Origin: Acidimicrobiaceae bacterium | GTDB taxonomy: Bacteria; Actinomycetota; Acidimicrobiia; Acidimicrobiales; Aldehydirespiratoraceae | Direction: 5' to 3' | NCBI GenBank assembly: GCA_009837445.1 | Contig: VXTM01000036.1 | Location: forward strand, 5,092-69,091 | DNA length: 64,000 nucleotides | Shown: piece by piece, positions 20,859 to 30,526 of the stretch | How the letters are laid out: each line of letters begins with the position of its first letter | Position numbering within the stretch: position 1 is the stretch's first letter | Program-made: the position numbers and the translations under genes | Notes under the pieces: model-generated | The model's database searches: none | Seen by the model: only the letters and a program-made list of their open reading frames with translations | What the model was told of the DNA's origin: nothing

Positions 20859-22739
20859 ATGGACACGATCAGGCTGACTACATCGGGTGCCGTCGTGCGC
20901 TACCTGGCCGCCCAGCGCACCGAGGTCGACGGCGGCGTGGTGCCGCTGTTCGCAGGGGTGTTCGCCATCTTCGGCCATGGCAACGTCACCTGCCTGGGCC
21001 ATGAACTCGAGCAGGCCCAGGAGGCGCTGCCCACCTGGAGGGGCCAGAACGAGCAGGGGATGGCCCTGGCCGCCTGCGGGTTCGCCCGGGCCTCCAAACG
21101 GCGCCGGATCATGGTGGCGTCCAGCTCGATCGGGCCCGGTGCCACCAACATGGTGACCGCGGCCGCGGTGGCCATGGCCAACCGGCTGCCGCTGCTGGTG
21201 CTGGCCGGCGACACCTTCGATCACCGGATCGTGGATCCCGTGCTGCAACAGGTCGAGCACTTCGGTGCGCCGGCCACCACCGTCAACGACGCCTTCCGGG
21301 CGGTGGTGCGCTACTGGGACCGGATCACCACCCCCGAGCAGGTGGTGCAGTCGCTGCCTCACGCCGTCAACACGATGCTCGATCCCGCCGACTGCGGCCC
21401 GGCGTTCATCGCGCTGCCCCAGGACGTGCAGGCCCAGGCCTACGACTATCCGGTCCGATTCTTCGACGAGACTCTGCACCGCATCCGCCGGCCCCGTCCC
21501 GATGCGGGCGAGCTGCGGCGGGCCGCAGCCGCGTTGGCCTCCGCCGAGCGGCCGCTAGTCATCGCGGGCGGCGGGGTCCGCTGGTCCCTCGCCGAGGAGC
21601 AGCTCGCCGCCTTCGCCGAGGCCCACGGCATTCCCGTGGTTGAGACCACCGCGGGAAGGACCTCGCTGCCGGCCCACCATCCGCTCAACTGCGGCCCCAT
21701 TGGGGTCACCGGATGCACTTCGGCCAACGCCATGGCCGCGCAGGCCGATGCGGTGCTGGCCGTGGGCACGAGGATGCAGGACTTCACCACCGGCTCCTGG
21801 ACGGTGTTCGGCGACGAGTCGGCCAGGATCGTCGGGCTCAACGCGGCCCGCTTCGACGCCACCAAGCACATGTGCCTGCCGCTGGTGGCCGACGCCCGCG
21901 AGGGGCTCCTTGAGCTGGGAGCGGCTCTCGGCGACTACCGGGCCGGTGCCGGCTGGACGGCGCGGGCCGCGTCGGAGACCGCCCAGTACCACGCCTACAT
22001 CGACAAGATCGCCGCGCCGGTGACGGTCGGCGCCGCCGGCGGCGACCGGTCCTCGGACCCCGACGCCGATCTGCCCACCTACGCGCAGGTGGTCGGCGCG
22101 GTTGATCGGGCCGCCGACTCCTCGACGTATGTGGTCGCGGCCGCCGGTGGCTTGCCCGGGGAGCTGATCAACGGCTGGCGGGCCAGCACCGTGCACTCCT
22201 TCGACTGCGAGTACGGCTACTCGTGCATGGGCTACGAGATCTCGGGCGCCTGGGGGGCCAAGATGGCCATGCCCGAGCGTGAGGTGATGGTGCTGCTGGG
22301 CGACGGCTCCTACCTGATGATGAACAGCGACCTCTACAGCACGGTGCTCACCGGTTACAAGCTCATCGTGATCGTGTGCGACAACGGCGGCTACGCGGTT
22401 ATCGACCGGCTCCAGGTCAACCAGGGCGGGGCGTCGTTCAACAACCTGTTCGCCGACTGCCGCACCGAGCGGCTGGTTGCCGTGGACTTCGCGGCCCACG
22501 CGGCCTCGATGGGCTGTGAGACCGAGACGGTCGGCACCATCGCTGAGCTGGAGGCGGCCATCGAGCGGGCCCGAGCCGCGGACCGCACCTACGTGATCGC
22601 GCTGAGGACCCATCCCCACACCTGGACCGAGGGCGGCTCGTTCTGGGAGGTCGGGGTGCCCGAGGTGAGCTCCAGCCCGTCGGTGAGGGCAGCCCGCGAG
22701 GCCATGGAGGCCGGCCGGGCCGGCCAGAGGGTGTGGTGA
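20859..22739 (+). CDS. iolD: 3D-(3,5/4)-trihydroxycyclohexane-1,2-dione acylhydrolase
   Basis: IFGHGNV, NEQGMA, SIGPGATNMVT, EYGYSCMGYEI, GDGSYLM (TPP) motifs. Confidence 0.96.
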   Translation: MDTIRLTTSGAVVRYLAAQRTEVDGGVVPLFAGVFAIFGHGNVTCLGHELEQAQEALPTWRGQNEQGMALAACGFARASKRRRIMVASSSIGPGATNMVTAAAVAMANRLPLLVLAGDTFDHRIVDPVLQQVEHFGAPATTVNDAFRAVVRYWDRITTPEQVVQSLPHAVNTMLDPADCGPAFIALPQDVQAQAYDYPVRFFDETLHRIRRPRPDAGELRRAAAALASAERPLVIAGGGVRWSLAEEQLAAFAEAHGIPVVETTAGRTSLPAHHPLNCGPIGVTGCTSANAMAAQADAVLAVGTRMQDFTTGSWTVFGDESARIVGLNAARFDATKHMCLPLVADAREGLLELGAALGDYRAGAGWTARAASETAQYHAYIDKIAAPVTVGAAGGDRSSDPDADLPTYAQVVGAVDRAADSSTYVVAAAGGLPGELINGWRASTVHSFDCEYGYSCMGYEISGAWGAKMAMPEREVMVLLGDGSYLMMNSDLYSTVLTGYKLIVIVCDNGGYAVIDRLQVNQGGASFNNLFADCRTERLVAVDFAAHAASMGCETETVGTIAELEAAIERARAADRTYVIALRTHPHTWTEGGSFWEVGVPEVSSSPSVRAAREAMEAGRAGQRVW

Positions 22740-23581
22740 CCGTGTCCGGCGCGTTCGGTGGAGGGGTGGCCCTGATCACCGGCGGCTCCCAGGGTCTCGG
22801 CTACGCGGTTGCGGCGCGTTTGATCTCGGAGGGCGCGGCCGGACTGCTGCTGGTGGGCCGCGACCCGGTCAAGGGAGTGGCTGCGGCCGCGTCGCTGTCG
22901 AGCCTGGACTGCCGGGCCGAGTTCCTGGCCGCGGATCTAGCGCACTCGGATGCCTGCGACGAGGTTGTAGCCACTCTGGACGAGAAGTTCGGCACGTGCC
23001 ACAGCTTCGTCAACTGTGCGGCTATCACCGACCGGGGCTCGGTGTGGGACTCCACCCCCGAACTGTGGGACGCCATCCTGGCCGTGAACGTCAAGGCGCC
23101 CGGGCTACTGAGCCAGGGAGTGGCCCGGATCATGGCCCGTGAGCGGGTTGAGGGGACCATCGTGCTCATCGGGTCGATCGCGGGCCGGGGCGGCCCGCCG
23201 AAGCTGCTTCCGTACTCCACATCGAAGGGCGCTCTGGCGGCCATGACCCGCAACCTCGCCTTCGCGCTGATGCGCCACCGCATACGGGTCAACCTGCTGT
23301 GTCCGGGGTGGATGGACACCCCCAACGAGGACGTCGTGCAGCGAACCTTCGATGGAGCCGCCGACGGCTGGCTGGAGCAAGCCGAGGCCGAGATGCCCTT
23401 CGGCCGGCTCATCAAGCCCAACGAGATAGCCCGCACCATCGTCCATCTGGCCACTACAGACTCGGGGATGATGACCGGCGCGGTGGTGGAGTGGGACCAG
23501 ACGGTCATGGGTGCGGGAGACTCCGTCTTCCCCGGCCCCGAGCTCGGCCAGTGGCCGTCCAATTCCGGGATGCAGCCGTGA
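22733..23581 (+). CDS. SDR family oxidoreductase
   Basis: TGGSQGLG, YSTSK catalytic motif, IRVN..CPGWMDT. Confidence 0.9.
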   Translation: MVTVSGAFGGGVALITGGSQGLGYAVAARLISEGAAGLLLVGRDPVKGVAAAASLSSLDCRAEFLAADLAHSDACDEVVATLDEKFGTCHSFVNCAAITDRGSVWDSTPELWDAILAVNVKAPGLLSQGVARIMARERVEGTIVLIGSIAGRGGPPKLLPYSTSKGALAAMTRNLAFALMRHRIRVNLLCPGWMDTPNEDVVQRTFDGAADGWLEQAEAEMPFGRLIKPNEIARTIVHLATTDSGMMTGAVVEWDQTVMGAGDSVFPGPELGQWPSNSGMQP

Positions 23582-25026
23582 CCGCGGTCATGCGGGACTA
23601 CGGCCTCACCGGCGCGGACTCCAGGCTGGCGATCGAGCGGGGCCTGGTAGAGGCGGAGTGGTTCCGCCCGCCCATCGACCCCGAGCGGTTACGGGCCCTG
23701 CAGGTCCGCACCAACGCCCGGGCCGCCCGCGACACCATCATGTGGCTCGGCCTTCTGGCCGTCTTCGGCTACCTGGCCTTCCAGGCGCTCGGCTCCTGGT
23801 GGGCGGTGCCGGCGTTCATGGCTTACGGCGCCCTATACGGCGGCGCGGGCGACTCTCGCTGGCACGAGTGCGGCCACGGCACCGCGTTCCGCACCAAGTG
23901 GATGAACGACGTCGTCTACTACATCGCGTCGTTCATGCTGCTGCGCCAGCCCACCCTGTGGCGCTGGTCGCACGTGCGCCACCACACCGACACCATCGTG
24001 GTGGGGCGCGACCCGGAGATCATGTTCCCCCGCCCGGGTTCGCTGCGCACCGTGCTGGGCGTGTACCTGCCGGTGGCGATCCTGCCAAAGGCGGTGTGGC
24101 GCACCCTCAAGCACGCCTCGGGCCGCATCGACGACGACGCCCGGGACTTCATCCCCACCGACGAGCTGCCCAAGCTGAAGTGGGAGTCGCGGGCCTACAT
24201 CGCCGTGCTGGCCGGCACCGGAGTGTGGTGCGTGGCCATCGGCTCGATCGTTCCCGCGCTGTACATCGGGCTGCCCACCTTCTACGGGGCGTGGCTCATG
24301 GTGTTCTTCGGGGCGATGCAGCATGCGGGCCTGCGAGAGGACGTGCTCGATCATCGCTACAACTCCCGCACGGTGTACCTGAACCCGTTCCTGCGGTTCC
24401 TGTACTCCAATATGAACTACCACGTCGAGCACCACATCTTCCCGACCGTGCCCTACTACGCGCTGCCCGCCCTCCACGAGGAGATCAAGGAGTACCTGGC
24501 CCCGGCCGACCGGTCCTCGATCAGCGCCTACCGCCGGATCTTCACCACGCTGCGTCGCCAGTGGCAGGACCCGTCCTATGACGACCCCCGACCGGAGATG
24601 CCCGATGTCGCCGGCGCGCGGCGGTCGTTCGTGAACACCGGGGTCACCGCTTGGGCCGGTGGTGTGCACGACGGCTTGATCGACCTCGGTCCCGCCGAGG
24701 GCCTCAGCCCCAACTCGGCCCGGCGCGTCGACCACGGCGACGGCACCTATGCCCTGTACCGGCTCGACGCCGACGACTTCGAGGACGCCGATGCGGGCGG
24801 CGAGTTCGTGCTCAGCGACGGGCTGTGCACCCACGGCCAGGCCCATCTCGCCGAGGGGGCTGTGCTCGACGGCCTTGTCGAGTGCCCCAAGCACAACGGC
24901 TGTTTCGACCTGTGCACCGGCGAGGCGCTGCGCCTTCCCGCCACCGAGCCGATCACCCTCTACGACGTGGCTGTGCGCAACGGGCGGGTGGTGTCGCGCC
25001 TGGTGCCGCAACCGGCTGGCGAATGA
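23578..25026 (+). CDS. MocD-like membrane non-heme di-iron oxygenase (fatty acid desaturase family) fused to MocE-like Rieske ferredoxin
   Basis: His boxes HECGH, HVRHH, QH, HVEHH; C-terminal CTH...CPKH Rieske motif. Confidence 0.88.
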   Translation: MTAVMRDYGLTGADSRLAIERGLVEAEWFRPPIDPERLRALQVRTNARAARDTIMWLGLLAVFGYLAFQALGSWWAVPAFMAYGALYGGAGDSRWHECGHGTAFRTKWMNDVVYYIASFMLLRQPTLWRWSHVRHHTDTIVVGRDPEIMFPRPGSLRTVLGVYLPVAILPKAVWRTLKHASGRIDDDARDFIPTDELPKLKWESRAYIAVLAGTGVWCVAIGSIVPALYIGLPTFYGAWLMVFFGAMQHAGLREDVLDHRYNSRTVYLNPFLRFLYSNMNYHVEHHIFPTVPYYALPALHEEIKEYLAPADRSSISAYRRIFTTLRRQWQDPSYDDPRPEMPDVAGARRSFVNTGVTAWAGGVHDGLIDLGPAEGLSPNSARRVDHGDGTYALYRLDADDFEDADAGGEFVLSDGLCTHGQAHLAEGAVLDGLVECPKHNGCFDLCTGEALRLPATEPITLYDVAVRNGRVVSRLVPQPAGE

Positions 25027-26033
25027 GCGATCCGGTCCGGATCGGGCTGCTGGGCTGCGGCCGCATCGGCTCCATGCACGCCGAGTTGCTCTCCCGCCGG
25101 GTCCAGGGCACGACCCTGGCCGCCGTCTACGACGTGTTCGGCGAGGCCGCGGCCTCGGTGGCGGAGGCCTACGGCGCCCGGCATGCGTCCAGCGCGACCG
25201 AGCTGATCTCCTCCGACGACGTGGACGCGGTGGCGATCTGCAGCTCCACCGACACCCACATCGACCTGCTCGTGGATGCGGCCGCCGCGGGCAAGCCAGC
25301 CTTCGTCGAGAAGCCGCTGTCGCTCGACCTGGCCGAGGTCGACCGGGGCATCGCGGCGGCCACTGAGGCCGGCATCGGCGTGCAGGTCGGCTTCAACCGG
25401 CGCTTCGACGCCGCCCATCGCCACGTGCGCGACCGGGTGGCCGCCGGCGAGGTGGGCGACGTGCACCTGGTCCGCATCTCCAGCCGCGACCCCGACCCGC
25501 CGCCCATCTCCTACATCGAGGTGTCGGGCGGGATCTTCTGCGACATGACCATCCACGACTTCGACATGGCCCGCTTCGTCACCGGCAGCGAGGCGGTCGA
25601 GGTGTACGCCACCGGCGGGGTGCGGGTCGATCCGGCCATCGGCGAGGCCGGCGACCTCGACACGGCAGTGGTGGTCGTCACCCACGCCAACGGCACCATC
25701 ACCACCATCGACAACAGCCGCCGGGCCGTGTACGGCTACGACCAGCGGCTGGAGGCGTTCGGCTCGGCCGGGATGGCGTGCTCGGACAACCCGACCTCGG
25801 CCGCGGCCCGCTACTGGGACGCCGACGGATCGCACGGCAGGCCGCTGCCGTACTTCTTCCTGGACCGCTACATCCCGTCGTATGAGGCTGAGTGGGACGC
25901 GTTCGTCGCCATGGTGCACGGCGCGCCGTCGCCGGTCACGCTGGCCGACGGGCGGGCGCCGCTGGTGATGGGCCTGGCCGCGTGGGCCTCGGTCCGCGAG
26001 GGCCGCCCCGTTCCTGTCGCCGAGATCGGCTGA
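25023..26033 (+). CDS. iolG: inositol 2-dehydrogenase
   Basis: GCGRIG, EKP, GFNRRFD, SRDP, DMTIHDFDMARF, YGYDQRLE. Confidence 0.9.
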   Translation: MSDPVRIGLLGCGRIGSMHAELLSRRVQGTTLAAVYDVFGEAAASVAEAYGARHASSATELISSDDVDAVAICSSTDTHIDLLVDAAAAGKPAFVEKPLSLDLAEVDRGIAAATEAGIGVQVGFNRRFDAAHRHVRDRVAAGEVGDVHLVRISSRDPDPPPISYIEVSGGIFCDMTIHDFDMARFVTGSEAVEVYATGGVRVDPAIGEAGDLDTAVVVVTHANGTITTIDNSRRAVYGYDQRLEAFGSAGMACSDNPTSAAARYWDADGSHGRPLPYFFLDRYIPSYEAEWDAFVAMVHGAPSPVTLADGRAPLVMGLAAWASVREGRPVPVAEIG

Positions 26034-26050
26034 ACGAGGGAGATTCGACC

Positions 26051-27016
26051 GTGCGCGCCTATGTGACCGGGGGGACCGGATTCGTCGGGTCGAACATCGT
26101 GAAGGTGTTCGCCGATCGTCACGGCGCCACCGTGCACTGCCCGGTCCACCGTTTCGTTCCCGCCGACACCGGCGGCTTCACCGCAGAGCGACTGGACCTC
26201 CTCGACGACGGGGCCGTTCAGGCCAGCGTGGACGAATTCGACCCCGACGTGATCGTCCACTCGATGATCCTCAACGACTTCGCAGCCATGTACGCCGATA
26301 GGGATCTGGCCTGGCGCAGCTTCGCCGGCACCACCGAGAGCCTGGCTCGGGCCGCGGACCGCGTCGAGGCCAAGCTGATCCTGGTGTCGACCGACTGGGT
26401 GTTCGACGGCACCCAGGCCGGCGCTGACGAGGACACGCCGCCCAACCCCGTGAACCTCTACGGCGTGCTCAAGATGGCTAGCGAGCAGACCGCGATGCTG
26501 AGCGCGGCGCGGGCCGCGGTGGCCCGGGTGTCGGCGGTAAGCGGCATGCACTGGATGCGGGACTCGACGCCCAGGGTGCAGGACGGTGGCTTCGGCTACT
26601 TCGTCACCTCCATCGTCGAGGCGCTGGAGGCCGGCGAGCCGTTCGCGGTGTGGGAGGCCGACAATATCAACATGGTGGCCAGCCCGTCGCTGGCCAGCGA
26701 GTGCGCCGAGGTGATGTGGCGGATTGCGGCCGACGCATCGGCCACGGGGATCTTCCACTGCTGCGGGGCGGAGTCGGTGGGCCGCATGGAGCTGGCCCGG
26801 ATCGCCTGCGACGTCTTCGATCTCGACCCGTCGCTGCTGGGTTCGACACCGCCCGACACGAGTGCGGTGGGGGCCGTGGGGGAGTTTCCGATCCCCTACG
26901 ACACCAGCCTGACCGTTCGCCGCACCCGCGAGGTTCTCGGCTACGAACCCCCCGGAATCCGCGACCTGCTGGCCCGCTTCCGCACCGAGCGAGCCTCCGG
27001 AAGTCTCGCTGCATGA
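26051..27016 (+). CDS. RmlD-like extended SDR (sugar-nucleotide reductase family)
   Basis: TGGTGFVG, VSTDWVFDG, PVNLYGVLK. Confidence 0.8.
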   Translation: MRAYVTGGTGFVGSNIVKVFADRHGATVHCPVHRFVPADTGGFTAERLDLLDDGAVQASVDEFDPDVIVHSMILNDFAAMYADRDLAWRSFAGTTESLARAADRVEAKLILVSTDWVFDGTQAGADEDTPPNPVNLYGVLKMASEQTAMLSAARAAVARVSAVSGMHWMRDSTPRVQDGGFGYFVTSIVEALEAGEPFAVWEADNINMVASPSLASECAEVMWRIAADASATGIFHCCGAESVGRMELARIACDVFDLDPSLLGSTPPDTSAVGAVGEFPIPYDTSLTVRRTREVLGYEPPGIRDLLARFRTERASGSLAA

Positions 27017-27038
27017 GCAGACACGATCAGGAGCAAAC

Positions 27039-27899
27039 ATGACATCTTCGTCGCTGATCCGTCCGGCCGATGGCCCGGGCCGGATCCTGCACGTCACTCC
27101 CGAGTCGGCGGGCTGGGACCATGTGGAGTTCGGCGTGGTTGAGGTGGCCGCGGGCGCGCCGTGGTCGGGCGTGCAGGCCGACCGGGAGACGGCCATCGTG
27201 CCACTGGCCGGCCAGGGTCGGGTGCATGTCGCCGAAGAGATGGTGGTGGAGCTGAGCCGGGGCTCGGTGTTCACCGAGATGGCGAGGATCGTGTACCTGC
27301 CGCCGGGAACGCCGTACCGGATCGAGTCCGAGGCGGGGCTCCAGGCGTCGGTGGGCTCGGCCCCCGCCGAGGGCCGCTACCCGGTGCGGGTGTTCGACCC
27401 GTCGGAGATGCGCATCGAGATCCGGGGCGGCGGGCAGGCTTACCGGCAGGTGGTCCACTCGCTGTCCCACCCGCTGCCCGCGGAGCGGCTGATCCTCTAC
27501 GAGGTGTACGTGCCCCGGGGCACATGGTCGGGCTGGCCCCCGCATTGCCACGACGGCCGGGACGGCTCGCCCTACCTGGAGGAGGTCTACTACTTCCGCC
27601 TCGACCGCCCCGAGGGCTACGCCATGCACCGCAACTGGCGTGACGACGAGGACTACGACGACGCCATGGTGGTGACCGACGGCGACGTGGCGCTGGTCCC
27701 GAAGGGCTACCACACCTCGGTGGCCTGCCCGGGATCCAACATGTACTTCCTGAACTACCTGGCCGGTGAGCTCTCCGACGGCGAGCGCGGCACGCCGCCG
27801 TGCTTCATGGCTGAGCACACCTGGATCGAGGCCGACTGGACGGCAGGGGAGTGGGGCCTGCCGGTAGTGACTCCCGACGGGCCCGGGGTCCGGGAGTGA
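27039..27899 (+). CDS. iolB: 5-deoxy-glucuronate isomerase
   Basis: TPESAGW, EVYVPRGTWSGWPPHCHD, LEEVYY, VPKGYH, YFLNYLAG. Confidence 0.92.
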   Translation: MTSSSLIRPADGPGRILHVTPESAGWDHVEFGVVEVAAGAPWSGVQADRETAIVPLAGQGRVHVAEEMVVELSRGSVFTEMARIVYLPPGTPYRIESEAGLQASVGSAPAEGRYPVRVFDPSEMRIEIRGGGQAYRQVVHSLSHPLPAERLILYEVYVPRGTWSGWPPHCHDGRDGSPYLEEVYYFRLDRPEGYAMHRNWRDDEDYDDAMVVTDGDVALVPKGYHTSVACPGSNMYFLNYLAGELSDGERGTPPCFMAEHTWIEADWTAGEWGLPVVTPDGPGVRE

Positions 27900-28744
27900 G
27901 CTTGGACGGCATATCCGACGGCGGGCGCTTCGGGGTGCTCGCCATCGACCATCGGGACTCCCTGCGGGCGGTTCTGGCCCCGGACGACCCGGTCTCGGTC
28001 AGCGTCGACGACATCACCGAACTCAAGCGCGAGCTGGTAGGCGCGCTGGCCGCCGGGGCCACCGGCGTGATGCTGGAGCCCGAGTACTCGATCCCGCAAC
28101 TGCTCGACGGCACGCTGCCCGACGGGGTGGGCTTCACCGCCGCGCTGGAGGCTCAGGGCTACGCTGCCGACCCCGAAGCTGCGGCCACCCGGATCCTCGA
28201 GGGCTGGTCGGTGGAGGCGGCCGCGGCGTCGGGCGCGGCCGCGGCCAAGCTGCTGGTGCTGTACCGGCCCGACCGTCCCCACGGAGCCGTCCAGGAGCGG
28301 GTTGCGGCCGAGATCCTCGACGAGTGCAGGCGTGTCGGCATCCCGCTGGTGCTGGAGCCGCTGTTCTACGGCCTTCACGACCCCACGGCCCGCCGAGGGC
28401 TGGTGATCGAGACAGTGGAGCGGTTCGCGGCTATGGACCCCCACCTGCTGAAGCTGCCGTTCCCCGTGGATCCGGCCCACGAGCCCGACCGGGGCGTCTG
28501 GGCCGAGGCCTGTGCCGACATCACGTCCCGCTGCCACATGCCATGGACACTGCTGTCGGGCGGAGGTTCCTACGAGTCCTACCGCGACCAGCTAGCGGCG
28601 GCTGTATCCGCGGGCTGCTCGGGATTCATGGCCGGCCGTGCGCTCTGGGGCGAGGCCGCCCTGTCCCCGCTGGGTGACAGGTCCAGGACTATCGCCGAAG
28701 TGGTCGTTCCCCGCCTGGCCGAACTCCGTAGCCTGCTGGCCTGA
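27896..28744 (+). CDS. class I aldolase, tagatose-1,6-bisphosphate aldolase (LacD)-like
   Basis: LAIDHRDSL, AKLLVLYRPD, LEPL, LLKLPFP, LLSGG, GFMAGRALW. Confidence 0.82.
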   Translation: MSLDGISDGGRFGVLAIDHRDSLRAVLAPDDPVSVSVDDITELKRELVGALAAGATGVMLEPEYSIPQLLDGTLPDGVGFTAALEAQGYAADPEAAATRILEGWSVEAAAASGAAAAKLLVLYRPDRPHGAVQERVAAEILDECRRVGIPLVLEPLFYGLHDPTARRGLVIETVERFAAMDPHLLKLPFPVDPAHEPDRGVWAEACADITSRCHMPWTLLSGGGSYESYRDQLAAAVSAGCSGFMAGRALWGEAALSPLGDRSRTIAEVVVPRLAELRSLLA

Positions 28745-28789
28745 CCCGGGCCGCAGGTCTCGCTGGGTCGACTCCTAGAGTTGCCGGCG

Positions 28790-29398
28790 ATGACTGCTGG
28801 AGTGGAACGTCTGGACGCTCGCCGGGGAGCGGTCCCGGCGGCCATCGGGATCAAGGTCGCGCTGGCGCTGGCGTTCGTGGTGGCGCTGACGGTGCCGCTG
28901 GACCAGCTCGAGGGCAAGGGCATGGCCTTCCGGTTCCCGGTGTTCATGCTGTCGGCCGTGCTCGTGCCCCTGGCGTGGAGGCGGCGGTTCTCGCCCTATC
29001 CGGCCACCGCGGACGTGCTGCTGGTGGCGCCGTTCCTGATCGACACGCTGGGCAATCTGGTCGGCCTTTACGACGCCTACGAAGCCACCGATGATGTGAT
29101 GCACACGTTCAACTGGGTGCTGCTGGTGGCTGCGTTCCACGCCTGGCGCTTCCGCCGGAGTCCCCATGCCGGCGCGATGTCGAGGTTCGACGTGTGGTTG
29201 CTGGGAGTGGGCATCGGCGCGCTGGCCATCGTCGGCTGGGAGATCGCGGAGTGGATCGTGGCCGAGACCGGGGCCGGCGGCGGCCTGGCCCTCACCTACG
29301 ACGACACTGTCGGCGACCTGGCCCTCTCCACCGCCGGCGGCATGATCGGCTCCTGGCTGGGCGTCCAATACCTGCCCGGAGGAGAGCGCGGCGGCTAG
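28790..29398 (+). CDS. hypothetical membrane protein (DUF2238/VanZ-like)
   Basis: About 6 TM segments; DDVMH, WEIAEW, DTVGDL motifs. Confidence 0.7.
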   Translation: MTAGVERLDARRGAVPAAIGIKVALALAFVVALTVPLDQLEGKGMAFRFPVFMLSAVLVPLAWRRRFSPYPATADVLLVAPFLIDTLGNLVGLYDAYEATDDVMHTFNWVLLVAAFHAWRFRRSPHAGAMSRFDVWLLGVGIGALAIVGWEIAEWIVAETGAGGGLALTYDDTVGDLALSTAGGMIGSWLGVQYLPGGERGG

Positions 29399-29399
29399 C

Positions 29400-29771
29400 T
29401 CAAGTTGGCTGTCTGCCTGGTTGCCCGTCGTCGTGAGCTCTGTCGTGGACACGCAGCCCTAGTGCTTGCTCCAGGTTCGATAGGTACTCGGTGTAGGCCC
29501 TCCGCCCTGCTCGCGTCGCCTGCAGCCAGGTTCGGGGCTTGGAGCCTTCGAACTCCTTCGTGATGACCAGGAAGCCAGCCGCCTCGAGCTTGCGCAGGTG
29601 GACCGTCTGATTCCCGCCGGTCAGGCCCAGGGTCTGCTGGATGAACCCGTAGGCCAACCGGTCTGGCTCCGGCACCGAGACCAGCAGCGTCATAATCCGA
29701 AGCCGGGTCGGCTGATGGATGGTCTCGTCGAGTACGACCCCGTCCCTGGCGGTGGAGGCCTTGTCGCTCAC
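29400..29771 (-). CDS. winged-helix transcriptional regulator (HTH_34-type)
   Basis: IHQPTRLRIM, LTGGNQTVHLRKLEAAGF, KPRTW. Confidence 0.88.
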   Translation of the reverse strand: MSDKASTARDGVVLDETIHQPTRLRIMTLLVSVPEPDRLAYGFIQQTLGLTGGNQTVHLRKLEAAGFLVITKEFEGSKPRTWLQATRAGRRAYTEYLSNLEQALGLRVHDRAHDDGQPGRQPT

Positions 29772-29778
29772 GGGTCGC

Positions 29779-30411
29779 TCACCATTCGCCGGTCCGGCGG
29801 ATCCATGCGAATCCGAGGCCGAACGTCACCAGGGTCAATACTCCTGTCACGGCCAGGGCGGCATCGCCGAGCAGGTAATGGGGGACGAAGTATGCGACGG
29901 CGAAGCCGAGGCCCGTCAGAGCGATCACCACCCGGGTGATGATTCCGAACAGGACGTACGCCAGAGCCACGATCGCGATCCAGGCGCGAGTCGCTTCGTC
30001 CGCGCTGTCCTCGTTCAACAGCCCGGCGACCATCAGGATGAGGAATCCCCCCACGACGATCGAGGTCCAGAAGAAGAACACCCGCAGCCCGGCCCGGCGG
30101 GCCGCGTCGCCGGCAGCAAGCCGCTGGCCGGCGCGGTGCCCGATGATGCCGCTGCCCACTCCTCCGGCCACGCCGATGCCACCCCACAGCGGGCCCGTGA
30201 ACCACGGCCGCTGCTCGGCGAAGTCCGATGCCAGCGTGAGGACGCCGTACTGGGCCAGGAACCCCACTGAGATGATCACGCCCCAGAGCAGCAGGATCGT
30301 CGCGCTGCCGGCGAGGTACAGGGAGCTCCGGGCGTCGTCCATGGTGGTATGGATCGCCTGCCAGCTCCCCTCGGTGGTCAGGGCATCTGCGCCCTCGTCG
30401 AATGTTCCCAT
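29779..30411 (-). CDS. hypothetical membrane protein
   Basis: About 6 TM segments; GAGGAGG-like RBS; co-oriented upstream of the HTH gene. Confidence 0.8.
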   Translation of the reverse strand: MGTFDEGADALTTEGSWQAIHTTMDDARSSLYLAGSATILLLWGVIISVGFLAQYGVLTLASDFAEQRPWFTGPLWGGIGVAGGVGSGIIGHRAGQRLAAGDAARRAGLRVFFFWTSIVVGGFLILMVAGLLNEDSADEATRAWIAIVALAYVLFGIITRVVIALTGLGFAVAYFVPHYLLGDAALAVTGVLTLVTFGLGFAWIRRTGEW

Positions 30412-30431
30412 TTGCTCCGCCTCCTCGCAGA

Positions 30432-30478
30432 TAGTTTGTATTGCAAACTAGTTTGTATCACCAAAACGACGATGTCAA
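30432..30478 (-). promoter_or_regulatory. promoter with tandem operator-like repeats
   Basis: TAGTTTGTATTGCAAACTA imperfect palindrome plus second TAGTTTGTAT copy; TTGACA on minus strand at 30473-30478. Confidence 0.6.
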
Positions 30479-30526
30479 GTCCTGGCTGTGAGGCGAGAGG
30501 CGCGGGTCGAGGATTGGAGGCGGGTG

